DNA from: Diplonema japonicum
Lineage: Eukaryota; Protista; Euglenozoa: Diplonemea
DNA: 64,000 bases
Assembly (NCBI GenBank): GCA_964019335.1
Contig: OZ025742.1
Span: forward strand, 316,444-380,443
Reading direction: 5' to 3'
The notes beneath the pieces are model-generated. The model was not told the origin of the DNA. It searched no databases and was given only the letters and a program-made list of their open reading frames with translations. The position numbers and the translations under genes are program-made. Within the stretch, counting starts at the first letter, position 1; every line of letters starts with the position of its first letter. Below are positions 44,988 through 54,024 of this stretch, piece by piece.

Positions 44988-45104
44988 TGTAGGCACCCTC
45001 CCTTTGACTGGACACACCCCACACCCCTCCCTTTTCTCAGGTGTTGCTCTCCATGGCGGCCCTGCATTGGTATTTTGAAAAAAAAAAAAAAAAAAAAAAA
45101 ATGT

Positions 45105-46265
45105 CCTACGGCGGGCCAGCAAAAGGCTGAGGGTGCTGAAGCTCTTGTCCGGCACGTCCTGGGGCAGCAAGAGGGACACTCTGCGGTCTCTCTACGTTAC
45201 GTACATCCTCCCGCTGCTGCGCTACTGCATGGGGGTCTACTACAGCAGGCTCGATGATGTCGGGAGGAAGGACCTGGCTGGGCTTCACCAGGAGGCGGCG
45301 GTGCTGATCACGGGCTGCTGGAGTGGCTCCGGAGGGTACAAGCTCCTAGCTGAGGCAGGACTGCTTCCCCTCGAAAGAATGGCGGAGGGTGCTGCGGCGA
45401 CGATGACGGCGAAGGCCTTCTGCTGGCAGTCCTCCCCGGTTCACAGGGAGACGGTCAAGCTGAAGCAGGCGAACAGGCTGGGGTGTGGGTGGCTGCGCTC
45501 TGGCTACCAAGCACTGCGTCGATGCGGGTTGGAACCAAAGGTGCACTTCGAGTACCTGTCTGTTGTCGGTGGGTGCCCTGTGATCGGGAGGGGGGCGATC
45601 GACACTCCTGCTGGTACTCCCTCCCTAGCGTTCTCCCTGTCGAGACGCGTGACCCAGATCTACGACCTCATTGTTGAGTCTGGCCTGCTCGCCTGGTCAC
45701 GCTCCGGACTGTTCACCTCGCCATCATCCCTGGCGTCTACAGACGTCACTGCACCTTCAAACGTGCCGCCTCCTCCTCCGGTCTCTCTTGACGCCGGTCC
45801 CGCGGCCCCCGTGCTGCGCTAAGGGATCGCCCCGTGTGTGTGTGTTAAATGGAATGTTGTGTTTCCCACTTTCCTTTCCCTTCCTTCCCCTTCCTCTCAC
45901 TGTTTCCCATTTCCCCTTTTTTTTCACACTCACCAATGATTCGCTCAATAGGAGCAATTCCTCCCTGGGGGGCTTTCCGCCGGAGGTTCCAGCCAAAGAA
46001 GGACATCCAGCTGGAAGGTAGGCCCCCGTTTTTCTCTCACTTGACTGAGGGAATAATGTAATTCAGCCCTCTTCGGCTGTCCCAAAGCAGAGCACGGGTT
46101 GGTGGGGGACCAGGGCTCCTCCTGCTTGCAGAAGCCTGGTCCTTTGCCCTCCCTATTTCCCCATGGTTTCCCTTCACCTTTTTATTTTCCCTTTTCTCAG
46201 GTGTTGCTCTCCATGGCGGCCCTGCATTGGTATTTTGAAAAAAAAAAAAAAAAAAAAAAAAAAAA
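45105..46265 (+). mobile_element. 5'-truncated, internally deleted copy of LINE family C with poly-A tail
   Basis: Matches 59566-60021, then ~60895-61582. Confidence 0.95.
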
Positions 46266-46396
46266 TGTTTCTAACTCAATCTCTCGACTCTGGCTTCACT
46301 CCTATCCTTTCTTTTCACCTCCCTCCCCAGTGTCTTCCCTTATTTTCCATTACCAGGCCCCTGTCCCCCGCCCCCAGTGTTATTCAAAATATTCAC

Positions 46397-46773
46397 CCAC
46401 CTTTTCCTTTTCCACTTCTTGACTTTTAACTTCCCTTCTGCTTTCCCAACATGGTTTCCGTCCCGGGTATGACGTTAAACTGCGTCCGCCGACACATTTG
46501 GGTCAACATTCTCTGATGACCAAGCCGTCTTTTTCCGTTTCTTCTCCCCTTCTCTTTGTTATGTTATTTTCATTATTCTTTCTGGCGATAGACTGATACG
46601 GGCCATGGAAGCAACCTCTGCTTAATTCCTGGTACGTGGGAGGCTCCTCTTGAGGATGTCAGTCACCTTTTCCCTTTTTTACTCGACTCTCTGTTTTCGT
46701 ATGCAGTATTTATTCTTTCCCACCCCTTTTTATCTATTTCTTCGCTTCTTCATCCTAACTTAAAACCATTTCA
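46397..46773 (+). repeat. Family D 3' non-coding repeat, copy 2
   Basis: Aligns to 34799-35207. Confidence 0.85.
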
Positions 46774-46890
46774 GTCACCTTTCATATAGAAAGAAAAAAG
46801 AAAAAAGAAGGACAGATGATTCAAGCTTCGGTGTACACGATCGAGCTTGATTTGAATTCCTTTATTTTGAGAAAAAAAAAAAAAAGAAAG

Positions 46891-46922
<32 letters not shown>

Positions 46923-47035
46923 GAAGAACGAAACTTAATTGAATTGAATTTATTGGCTCCCGAAAGCCCAACAAGTCCAGCAGACGGTGGAGTTTCACAG
47001 TCAGCTGGTTAATTTTTCACAATTGAAACTCCTCC

Positions 47036-47385
47036 AAAGTTCTTAAAATCTGGGAGGTCGTCTCTTGTTACTAGAGGCGGCTAATGCCTCGAGACCCAGG
47101 TGCTGCCTGGTGGGTGGGATCGGTTTTATTTTATTATGAAAAGAGCGTGGTGAGGGGGTCCAAGTAATTTACTACAGGGAGCAGCGAACCAGGACCCCTC
47201 GACCAATGGCTCAGTAACAGAGACTGCTTTTCACGAATCACTTTCAAACACCTCTCTTGGTTTGAAGTGATGTCCCTTTCCCTTTCCCTTTCCCTTGAAT
47301 GGTTTTCTCTACTCCCCTTCGATCCTCCCGCCTGGTAGTGGAATATTTATTATTATTATTTATTATTATTATTAAAAAAAAAAAA
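47036..47385 (+). mobile_element. Short structured non-coding retroposon (family F), copy 1
   Basis: Near-identical to 61590-61921; ends gtagtggaatattt(att)n-polyA. Confidence 0.75.
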
Positions 47386-47388
47386 TGT

Positions 47389-47785
47389 ATTTTTTCCCTT
47401 CCTTCCCCTTCCTCTCACTGTTTCCCATTTCCCATTTCCCCTTTTTATTTTTCACACTCACCAATGATTCGCTCAATAGGAGCAATACCTCCCTGGGGGG
47501 CTTTCCGCCGGAGGTTCCAGCCAAAGAAGGACATCCAGCTGGAAGGTAGGCCCCCGTTTTTCTCTCACTTGACTGAGGGAATAATGTAATTCAGCCCTCT
47601 TCGGCTGTCCCAAAGCAGAGCACGGGTTGGTGGGGGACCAGGGCTCCTCCTGCTTGCAGAAGCCTGGTCCTTTGCCCTCCCTATTTCCCCATGGTTTCCC
47701 TTCACCTTTTTTTTCCCTTTTCTCAGGTGTTGCTCTCCATGGCGGCCCTGCATTGGTATTTTGAAAAAAAAAAAAAAAAAAAAAA
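47389..47785 (+). mobile_element. 3'-UTR-only copy of LINE family C with poly-A
   Basis: Matches ~61215-61582. Confidence 0.9.
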
Positions 47786-47796
47786 GGTAGGGAAGG

Positions 47797-47826
<30 letters not shown>

Positions 47827-47827
<1 letters not shown>

Positions 47828-49047
47828 TGTCAAGTGACAAAATGACGAAGCCGAGCAAGGCGGGCGCCTCCAAGGGGCCCCTACCGGACGGGAGCGAGCC
47901 CGACCAAGACCCGCCGCAGCTAGTGCTGCAAACCACCGAGGTGGTGATCAGAAAGACCCCCCCCGAGACGACCCCCAAGACGAAGCCCACCCGGAAGCAC
48001 TACGACGCAGTCGTAGCCCCGCTTGCCCCCAAGCCCACGTGGGCGGCCTTCATTGCGCAGGCTGGACTGGGGAAGTCGATGAGGTTCGACGGTGTCCTAG
48101 GCACCATCGTAACCACAGGGACTCCCCCTCTTCAGTCCTACTCAGTGAGGGACGGAGACACTACCCATAAGGTGGTGTTCGAGGAGCAGAAGGGATCCTT
48201 TAAAAGGAAACTACCGGGTGGGTCTCGTAGAGGGACCAAAATAGACTTCCGCAGGGAGTTCGGGGGGGCGAGCTGGTCGCAGGTGTGGGAGCTGGCCGAC
48301 GAGAAGGAGGGGAGGAAGAAGAAGGCGAGAGAGGAGAAGGGGGCCAAAGCCGCAAAAAGGAAGGCCGAGGCCAGGGAAAGAGAGGAGAAGCTGGAGGCGA
48401 GGATCCAGGCGCTGGAGAGCGCCGAGAAGGAAGAGGGAGGCGGGATGGAGGACGACTGGGGCTGGAGGGAAGCCATGGACAGGCGGATTGCCGAGTTGGA
48501 GCAGGCGAGGGAACAGGCCGGGCTGTGGGAGAAGGCGTGCGAGAGGAAGGTGGAAGAGGTGGAGATGAGAGGGGTGCGTACGGACGAGAGGACTGAGGAG
48601 CTGAACAGGAGGGTGGGCCTGGTGGAGGGCGAGCTTGGTGGCCTGAGGGGGGAGATTTCTTCCTTGAAGGCGTCATCGGAGAGGACGGAGCGGTCGGTGG
48701 AGGAGCTGAAGCAAGGGATGAACAGATTACTCATCCACTTGACTACAGGAGCCCCCCCACCAGGAACCTCCGAGGAGGCAGACGGGTCCCCAGAACAGAG
48801 GGGACACGTGCCGTCCACCGATGGCGCTGACGAGGGGACTGACACCCCAGACTGCCCCAGGCACGCTGCGACACCGGAGAGAAAGGGTACCGTAGCACCT
48901 TTATGCTACGACACCCCCCCACCAGCCGAAAGGCTCGTAGGAGTTGCCACAACAAGGCAGACAACCCTACACACCACCCCCTCGCAGACAACGCCCCTGC
49001 ACAAGGTGAACCCTCCCGTAAAAAGGAAGGTTGAAGGCCAGTACTAA
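47827..49047 (+). CDS. ORF1 of family E (coiled-coil protein; start may be ATG 47842)
   Basis: 406-aa ORF with heptad coiled coil, directly upstream of the pol ORF. Confidence 0.8.
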
Positions 49048-52000
49048 GGGCCGTGCAATCTCATTCAACACCCCTTTCACCCCCTTTCCCACACCGTCTC
49101 TCACTCCCTGTCCCTACTCCCAAACCCCCAACACTACACCCCATCTAAACGAAGATGAAGTACTACCCAGCCTCTCAAGCCCTGGAAGCTGGGGTGACCG
49201 CAAAGGCAGCACATCATCACCACATCACCATCCCTCATCTTTCCCTCTCTCCACGCACAATTCCTCCCCAAACAAGCACTCACAAACTCCCGTCACCGGT
49301 GACGAAGTATTACCCAGTATCCAAAGGCCTGGACCTAGGGGTGACCACACAGGCAATCTTCACATTCGCAGAAATCCCGCAGCCAGAGGTCCGCACGGAA
49401 AACACTTACTGAGCTGCGGGGACATAGAAGCGAACCCCGGTCCAACCACCGAAAAGACAACAAGAGTTGAACACTCTCTCCCTCCCGTCCCCTCTACTTC
49501 CTCTCTCTCACAGGCACACTCCAACACAACACCACCACCCAACAACATCAACGTACTGTCTCTCAATGTCAGATCCCTAACGGTGAGCACCACAGCGCAG
49601 CTGCTGAAGGGCATTGAGACACACAACATCGACGTGCTCCTACTCCAAGAGACTTTCCTGAGGCCGTCGAAAGATATAACCGGAGTCTTCACTGGGTTCA
49701 AGGCATACCGCCGAGACCGAACACGACCGGTGAAAAGAGGAAAGCAAATCAGCGGAGGGGGTCTCGTCACACTGGTCAGAGAATCGATACCGTCGAAACA
49801 GATCGAAGTTCTTCAGAAACCCAGCGACGTGACGGAAAGACTCGACGTAGAGATCTCGCTGCCCAACCGGAAGCCGTACAGACTCGTCAACCTGTACCTG
49901 CCTCCGACAACGGGTAGAGACGGCGACGACAGACCACCCCCCGAGAAATATTTCCGCCCGGCAGAGCTGCCTCATGACAGTTACACCATCATCGCCGGTG
50001 ACATGAACGCCCACCACACGATGTGGGACAAAAGGGGCACTCCGAATAAGCTGGGAGAAATACTGCACAGCTGGATGCTGCGATGGGGCTACAGCACATG
50101 GAACAAGAGCAGCGAAGCCACGATCCTGAACCCGTCAGGAAACCCAACCTCTCCGGACATGGTAATGAGCGGCGCAGAGTTCGACAAATCTTCTTGGAGG
50201 ACGTTGCCAGCAATGGGCTCAGACCACGTTCCGATGTTCTTCAGTCTGAGAGGGGGAGTCAGCCAACCGACCAGAAGAGTACTCTACTCTTGGGGGAAGG
50301 AGGCAAGGAGCGCGTACAGGGAGACGATGGAAGAAAAGTGCAGCAGGCTGCTCAGGGCCAGAGACCCGATAAGGCTAAACGCTGAGTTTCGCACACTTCT
50401 TCTTCTATCGGCAACCGAATCGTGCGTCCCCAGGAAAGGACAGAAGAAAGGGAAGGTTTGGTGGAACGACGAGATTGACGCACTCGCAAGGCGACGAAGC
50501 ACACTGAAGGCGAAGCTGTTGTCCGAGGATCACGACGGGAACGACGAAGACCTGGCACGTCTAGCGGCGATGGAGGCTGAGCTGGACAGGGCGATAACGA
50601 GCGGGAAGCAGGCTGCCTGGGGCGACTACACCAAGAAGTTGTCCAAGGACGGAAACCTGACGCAAGCCTTCTCGGTCATCCGCAGATTCGACGGTCGCAG
50701 CGAGAAGCCACCAATAGCCCCGCTCCGACGAGGAAACGGTATCGCCACCACCGACAGGGAGAAGGCCAGTGTACTCGTCGAACACTACGCGAGGGCCTGC
50801 TCCCCAAGGACGACTGCCAAGTCGGAGGAAGTGATCACCACCATCAAGAAGGACGCGAAGCCCGGGACAGACAACGACTTCCCCCTGGTAACGAAGGACG
50901 AGCTGGACTCGGTGCTGCGAAGGCTGAAGAAGGGCAAGGCTCCGGGCCCAGACGGCATCTACAACGAAATGCTGAAGTACCTGGGACCGGTGGCCAGGGA
51001 AGTTCAACTCCTCCTCTACAACTCATCCCTCCAGACCGGTGTCGTCCCTGCCGAATGGAGGCGGTCTTCCATCATCCCCCTCATGAAAAAGGGCAAAGAC
51101 CAATCCGAACCCGCCTCGTACAGGCCGATCGCGCTGACGTCAAACATCGTGAAGACGTTGGAGCGAATAGTCAAGGACAGGATGTGCTTCCTGCAGGACA
51201 CAGGACGGGTAAGGCAATTGCACACATCGCAGGCGGGTTTCCGGAAAGGGAGGTCCACGGAGGAAAACGTGCTGTACGCCGCCTCAAAGCTCAAAAGTGT
51301 CAGACTGAGCCAAGGTCTGGGGGGTCTCCTGCTGTTCGACTTCAAAGGAGCCTTCGACACAGTCTGGCACAAGGGAGTGATCGCAAAGCTGATAGGCGAC
51401 GGATACCCTCCCAAGCTCGTGAAATGGATCACCTCTTTCCTCGACCAACGTAAAGCCTCCGTCTGTGTGAACGGGGAACACGGCTGCGTGAAGACAATGA
51501 CAGGGGGCGTACCCCAAGGCACCATCCTGGCCCCGCAGCTCTTTTCCATCTACGTCAACGACCTGGCCAGGTTGTACAGGAAGGCTGGAATCGACGCGGT
51601 AGTGTACGCAGACGACATAGCGATAGTGCTGGAGGCGGGGAGTCCTGCCGAGCTGAACAAGAAGGTGCAACGCGCGGTGAGCCTCACGGAGCGATGGTGC
51701 GAGACGTTCTCGATGAAACTGTCCCAGGAAAAGACAGAGTTCATGCCGGTAGAGGGACAGTTCTGGAACTCGCACGACAGTCTCGCAAACCTCATCAACG
51801 CCCGCTTCCCCTCGAGTGGGGCGAAAGTCAAGGTGGTACGCGAGGCTAAATATCTTGGCGTCACCTTCGACGAAAGCATGAACTTCCACGAGCATGTGCA
51901 GAAGGTGAAGGGAAAGATCAACAGCCGTCTTCGCCTGCTGCGCAAACTCGCCGGAACAAGGTGGGGCTGCCGCAAGCACACCCTAAGGACGCTGTACCTG

Positions 52001-53404
52001 ACGTACGTCCAACCGGTTCTGCGCTACTGTCTCGGTGCTTACGGCAACTTCGTGGGACATGCTGCTCTGGCCGAGTTCGACTCGCTACAATACACAGCAG
52101 CGAGGTTGATAACGGGATGCTTCGACAAGACTTCCGCGACGGTGACCAGGTCAGAGGCGGGCATCTGGGAGATTGAATCCTTGCTGGAACACGACACCCT
52201 GGTGCTCTACGAGAAGGCACAGCGTCAACCGGGGACGACAGCGGAGAAGGCAACAAAGATATCCGGGGGTCAGATGTGGTACGGGAAAAGCTGGCGAAAC
52301 ACCGCGCTCGACTTGGCGAAGAGTCACGGGATGCCGGAACGCGAAGACCTACCACACCACTCAGTCACTCAGAGCGCAGACCTGCAGCTCCCTCCATGGG
52401 TCCAACCCAAAGTCCTGTTCCACCCCGACCTAGTCCGCAAGGTACACAAGAAGGACGAAAAAAGTCTCAAACTCCGAGCGGCCTTCGAATCGATCAGGAG
52501 GCACGGCATCCCAGATGTGATCGTCTACACCGACGGGTCAGTCACCGGACACAGGAACGGCGGTTCGGCAGCTGTGATAAGGATCGGGTCTGACACACCG
52601 AAGCAGGCTCGCAAGAGCGGAGGAGCAGTGACTTCGGCCTACCGATGCGAACTGAAAGCGCTGAACCTGGGGCTGCAATTGACACTGTACCATACCCGGA
52701 GACAAGGTGTGACGACCGGAGTAGTGCTGCTGTGCTCGGACTCCCAGTCGGTGATCAGAAGACTGATGCAGGGCCACAGAGAGATGAGGCAGAAGGAGGA
52801 ACTGCTGGCTTGGAAATGGCTGGACGCGCTTGACCGCCAAGGCCTCTCCACCATCATCCAGTACGTTCCCGGACACTGCGGCCTACCAGGTAACGAGCAA
52901 GCCGACCGACACGCCAAACGCGCCGCAAAGGAGTCGACACCGGACGGACCGACGGACCTGATGACCACAAAGAGCCTCATCAAGAGGTCGGTGAACCGCG
53001 ACTGGGCAGCCTCGTGGGAGAAGACGGGTCGGGACAAGAAGTACCGAGAGGAGATCGGCGCGAGGTACCTCCCCTTGAAGGAACTGTCCTGCAGACACGA
53101 TGAGGTACAGATAACGAGACTGCGAACGGGCAGGAGCCACCTGACTTGCGGTTTCCTGTCGAAACCCGTCCAGAATGACATACGTTGCCTCTCGTGCCAT
53201 TCGATCCAGGACAGACACCATCTGCTGATCGGGTGCCCAGCTGGAGACAAGGTCCGCGAAGAGATCTTCGGGGATGACATCCCCACGACCACGAAGGAGA
53301 TGCTCACAATGAGGGTGAGTGAAACCGCCTCCTACCTGAAGAGGATGGACCTCATCTGAGACTCTCACGACCGCCGAGCCGCTGACCGCAATCGCAGGAC
53401 GTAG

Positions 53405-53440
<36 letters not shown>

Positions 53441-53979
53441 AACAGAAAAAAGTGAACCAAAAAGTACTAGTGAACCCTCTCCCCCTCCCCCTGTGTTTCC
53501 CATTATTACCCTGTCGTGCACCCCAACTTCTGTCTTCACCTTTCCCCGCCCCTTCACACATCCCCCCGTATCATTTCCCTTTGTTTTGAATTTTCTAAGG
53601 CTCCGCCGCCCAACAAAGCTGGCTGAAGGGGATGCCTCCGTGCCAGTGTGCCGCTCGTGAGGGCGAGCACGGACGAGGTACCCCACTCCTCAAAAACCCG
53701 GAGGTTCGCCCGAAGGGTGCTGGCTTGGGAAGCGGGCTGGAGAGCTGCCGGGGTCACGGAGGTGGGCGAAGTCGCGAACACTGGAGCCCACGAACCGGCC
53801 CCACCTCCGTCCTCGGTACGTATGGATAGTTTAGCGGAAGTTTCAAGGTTATCACATTCCTTTCCTTTCCCCCTTTCGTTAGATACAGGGAGACCCTTGG
53901 TCCACCTGTTCTGTCCCCCCCCCCCAGCCTTTGCTTCGCACGTCAGTGGTTCATTTATTATTATTATTAAAAAAAAAAA
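47831..53979 (+). mobile_element. Apparently full-length non-LTR retrotransposon family E (ORF1; 2A-APE-RT-RNase H)
   Basis: Two long uninterrupted ORFs; 3' end cagtggttcattt(att)n-polyA; bounded by A(n)TGT on both sides. Confidence 0.9.
49031..53359 (+). CDS. ORF2 of family E: 2A peptide, AP endonuclease, RT, RNase H, CCHC-type tail
   Basis: LLSCGDIEANPGP; SLNVRSL, LLQET, GGGL, GDMNAHH, SDH; YRPIAL, QAGFR, DFKGAFD, GVPQG, YADD, KYLGV; YTDGS, SDSQS, VPGHCGLPGNEQAD; CLSC..HLLIGC. Confidence 0.95.
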   Translation: MKASTKGRAISFNTPFTPFPTPSLTPCPYSQTPNTTPHLNEDEVLPSLSSPGSWGDRKGSTSSPHHHPSSFPLSTHNSSPNKHSQTPVTGDEVLPSIQRPGPRGDHTGNLHIRRNPAARGPHGKHLLSCGDIEANPGPTTEKTTRVEHSLPPVPSTSSLSQAHSNTTPPPNNINVLSLNVRSLTVSTTAQLLKGIETHNIDVLLLQETFLRPSKDITGVFTGFKAYRRDRTRPVKRGKQISGGGLVTLVRESIPSKQIEVLQKPSDVTERLDVEISLPNRKPYRLVNLYLPPTTGRDGDDRPPPEKYFRPAELPHDSYTIIAGDMNAHHTMWDKRGTPNKLGEILHSWMLRWGYSTWNKSSEATILNPSGNPTSPDMVMSGAEFDKSSWRTLPAMGSDHVPMFFSLRGGVSQPTRRVLYSWGKEARSAYRETMEEKCSRLLRARDPIRLNAEFRTLLLLSATESCVPRKGQKKGKVWWNDEIDALARRRSTLKAKLLSEDHDGNDEDLARLAAMEAELDRAITSGKQAAWGDYTKKLSKDGNLTQAFSVIRRFDGRSEKPPIAPLRRGNGIATTDREKASVLVEHYARACSPRTTAKSEEVITTIKKDAKPGTDNDFPLVTKDELDSVLRRLKKGKAPGPDGIYNEMLKYLGPVAREVQLLLYNSSLQTGVVPAEWRRSSIIPLMKKGKDQSEPASYRPIALTSNIVKTLERIVKDRMCFLQDTGRVRQLHTSQAGFRKGRSTEENVLYAASKLKSVRLSQGLGGLLLFDFKGAFDTVWHKGVIAKLIGDGYPPKLVKWITSFLDQRKASVCVNGEHGCVKTMTGGVPQGTILAPQLFSIYVNDLARLYRKAGIDAVVYADDIAIVLEAGSPAELNKKVQRAVSLTERWCETFSMKLSQEKTEFMPVEGQFWNSHDSLANLINARFPSSGAKVKVVREAKYLGVTFDESMNFHEHVQKVKGKINSRLRLLRKLAGTRWGCRKHTLRTLYLTYVQPVLRYCLGAYGNFVGHAALAEFDSLQYTAARLITGCFDKTSATVTRSEAGIWEIESLLEHDTLVLYEKAQRQPGTTAEKATKISGGQMWYGKSWRNTALDLAKSHGMPEREDLPHHSVTQSADLQLPPWVQPKVLFHPDLVRKVHKKDEKSLKLRAAFESIRRHGIPDVIVYTDGSVTGHRNGGSAAVIRIGSDTPKQARKSGGAVTSAYRCELKALNLGLQLTLYHTRRQGVTTGVVLLCSDSQSVIRRLMQGHREMRQKEELLAWKWLDALDRQGLSTIIQYVPGHCGLPGNEQADRHAKRAAKESTPDGPTDLMTTKSLIKRSVNRDWAASWEKTGRDKKYREEIGARYLPLKELSCRHDEVQITRLRTGRSHLTCGFLSKPVQNDIRCLSCHSIQDRHHLLIGCPAGDKVREEIFGDDIPTTTKEMLTMRVSETASYLKRMDLI

Positions 53980-54024
53980 TGTAGAAAGAAAAGAAAAGAA
54001 ATGTAGAAAGAAAAGAAAAGAAAA

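Noticed and set aside
46921-46934. Hammerhead core ctgaaga-ac-gaaac
   Set aside because: No stem II and no flanking stems; preceded by poly-A.
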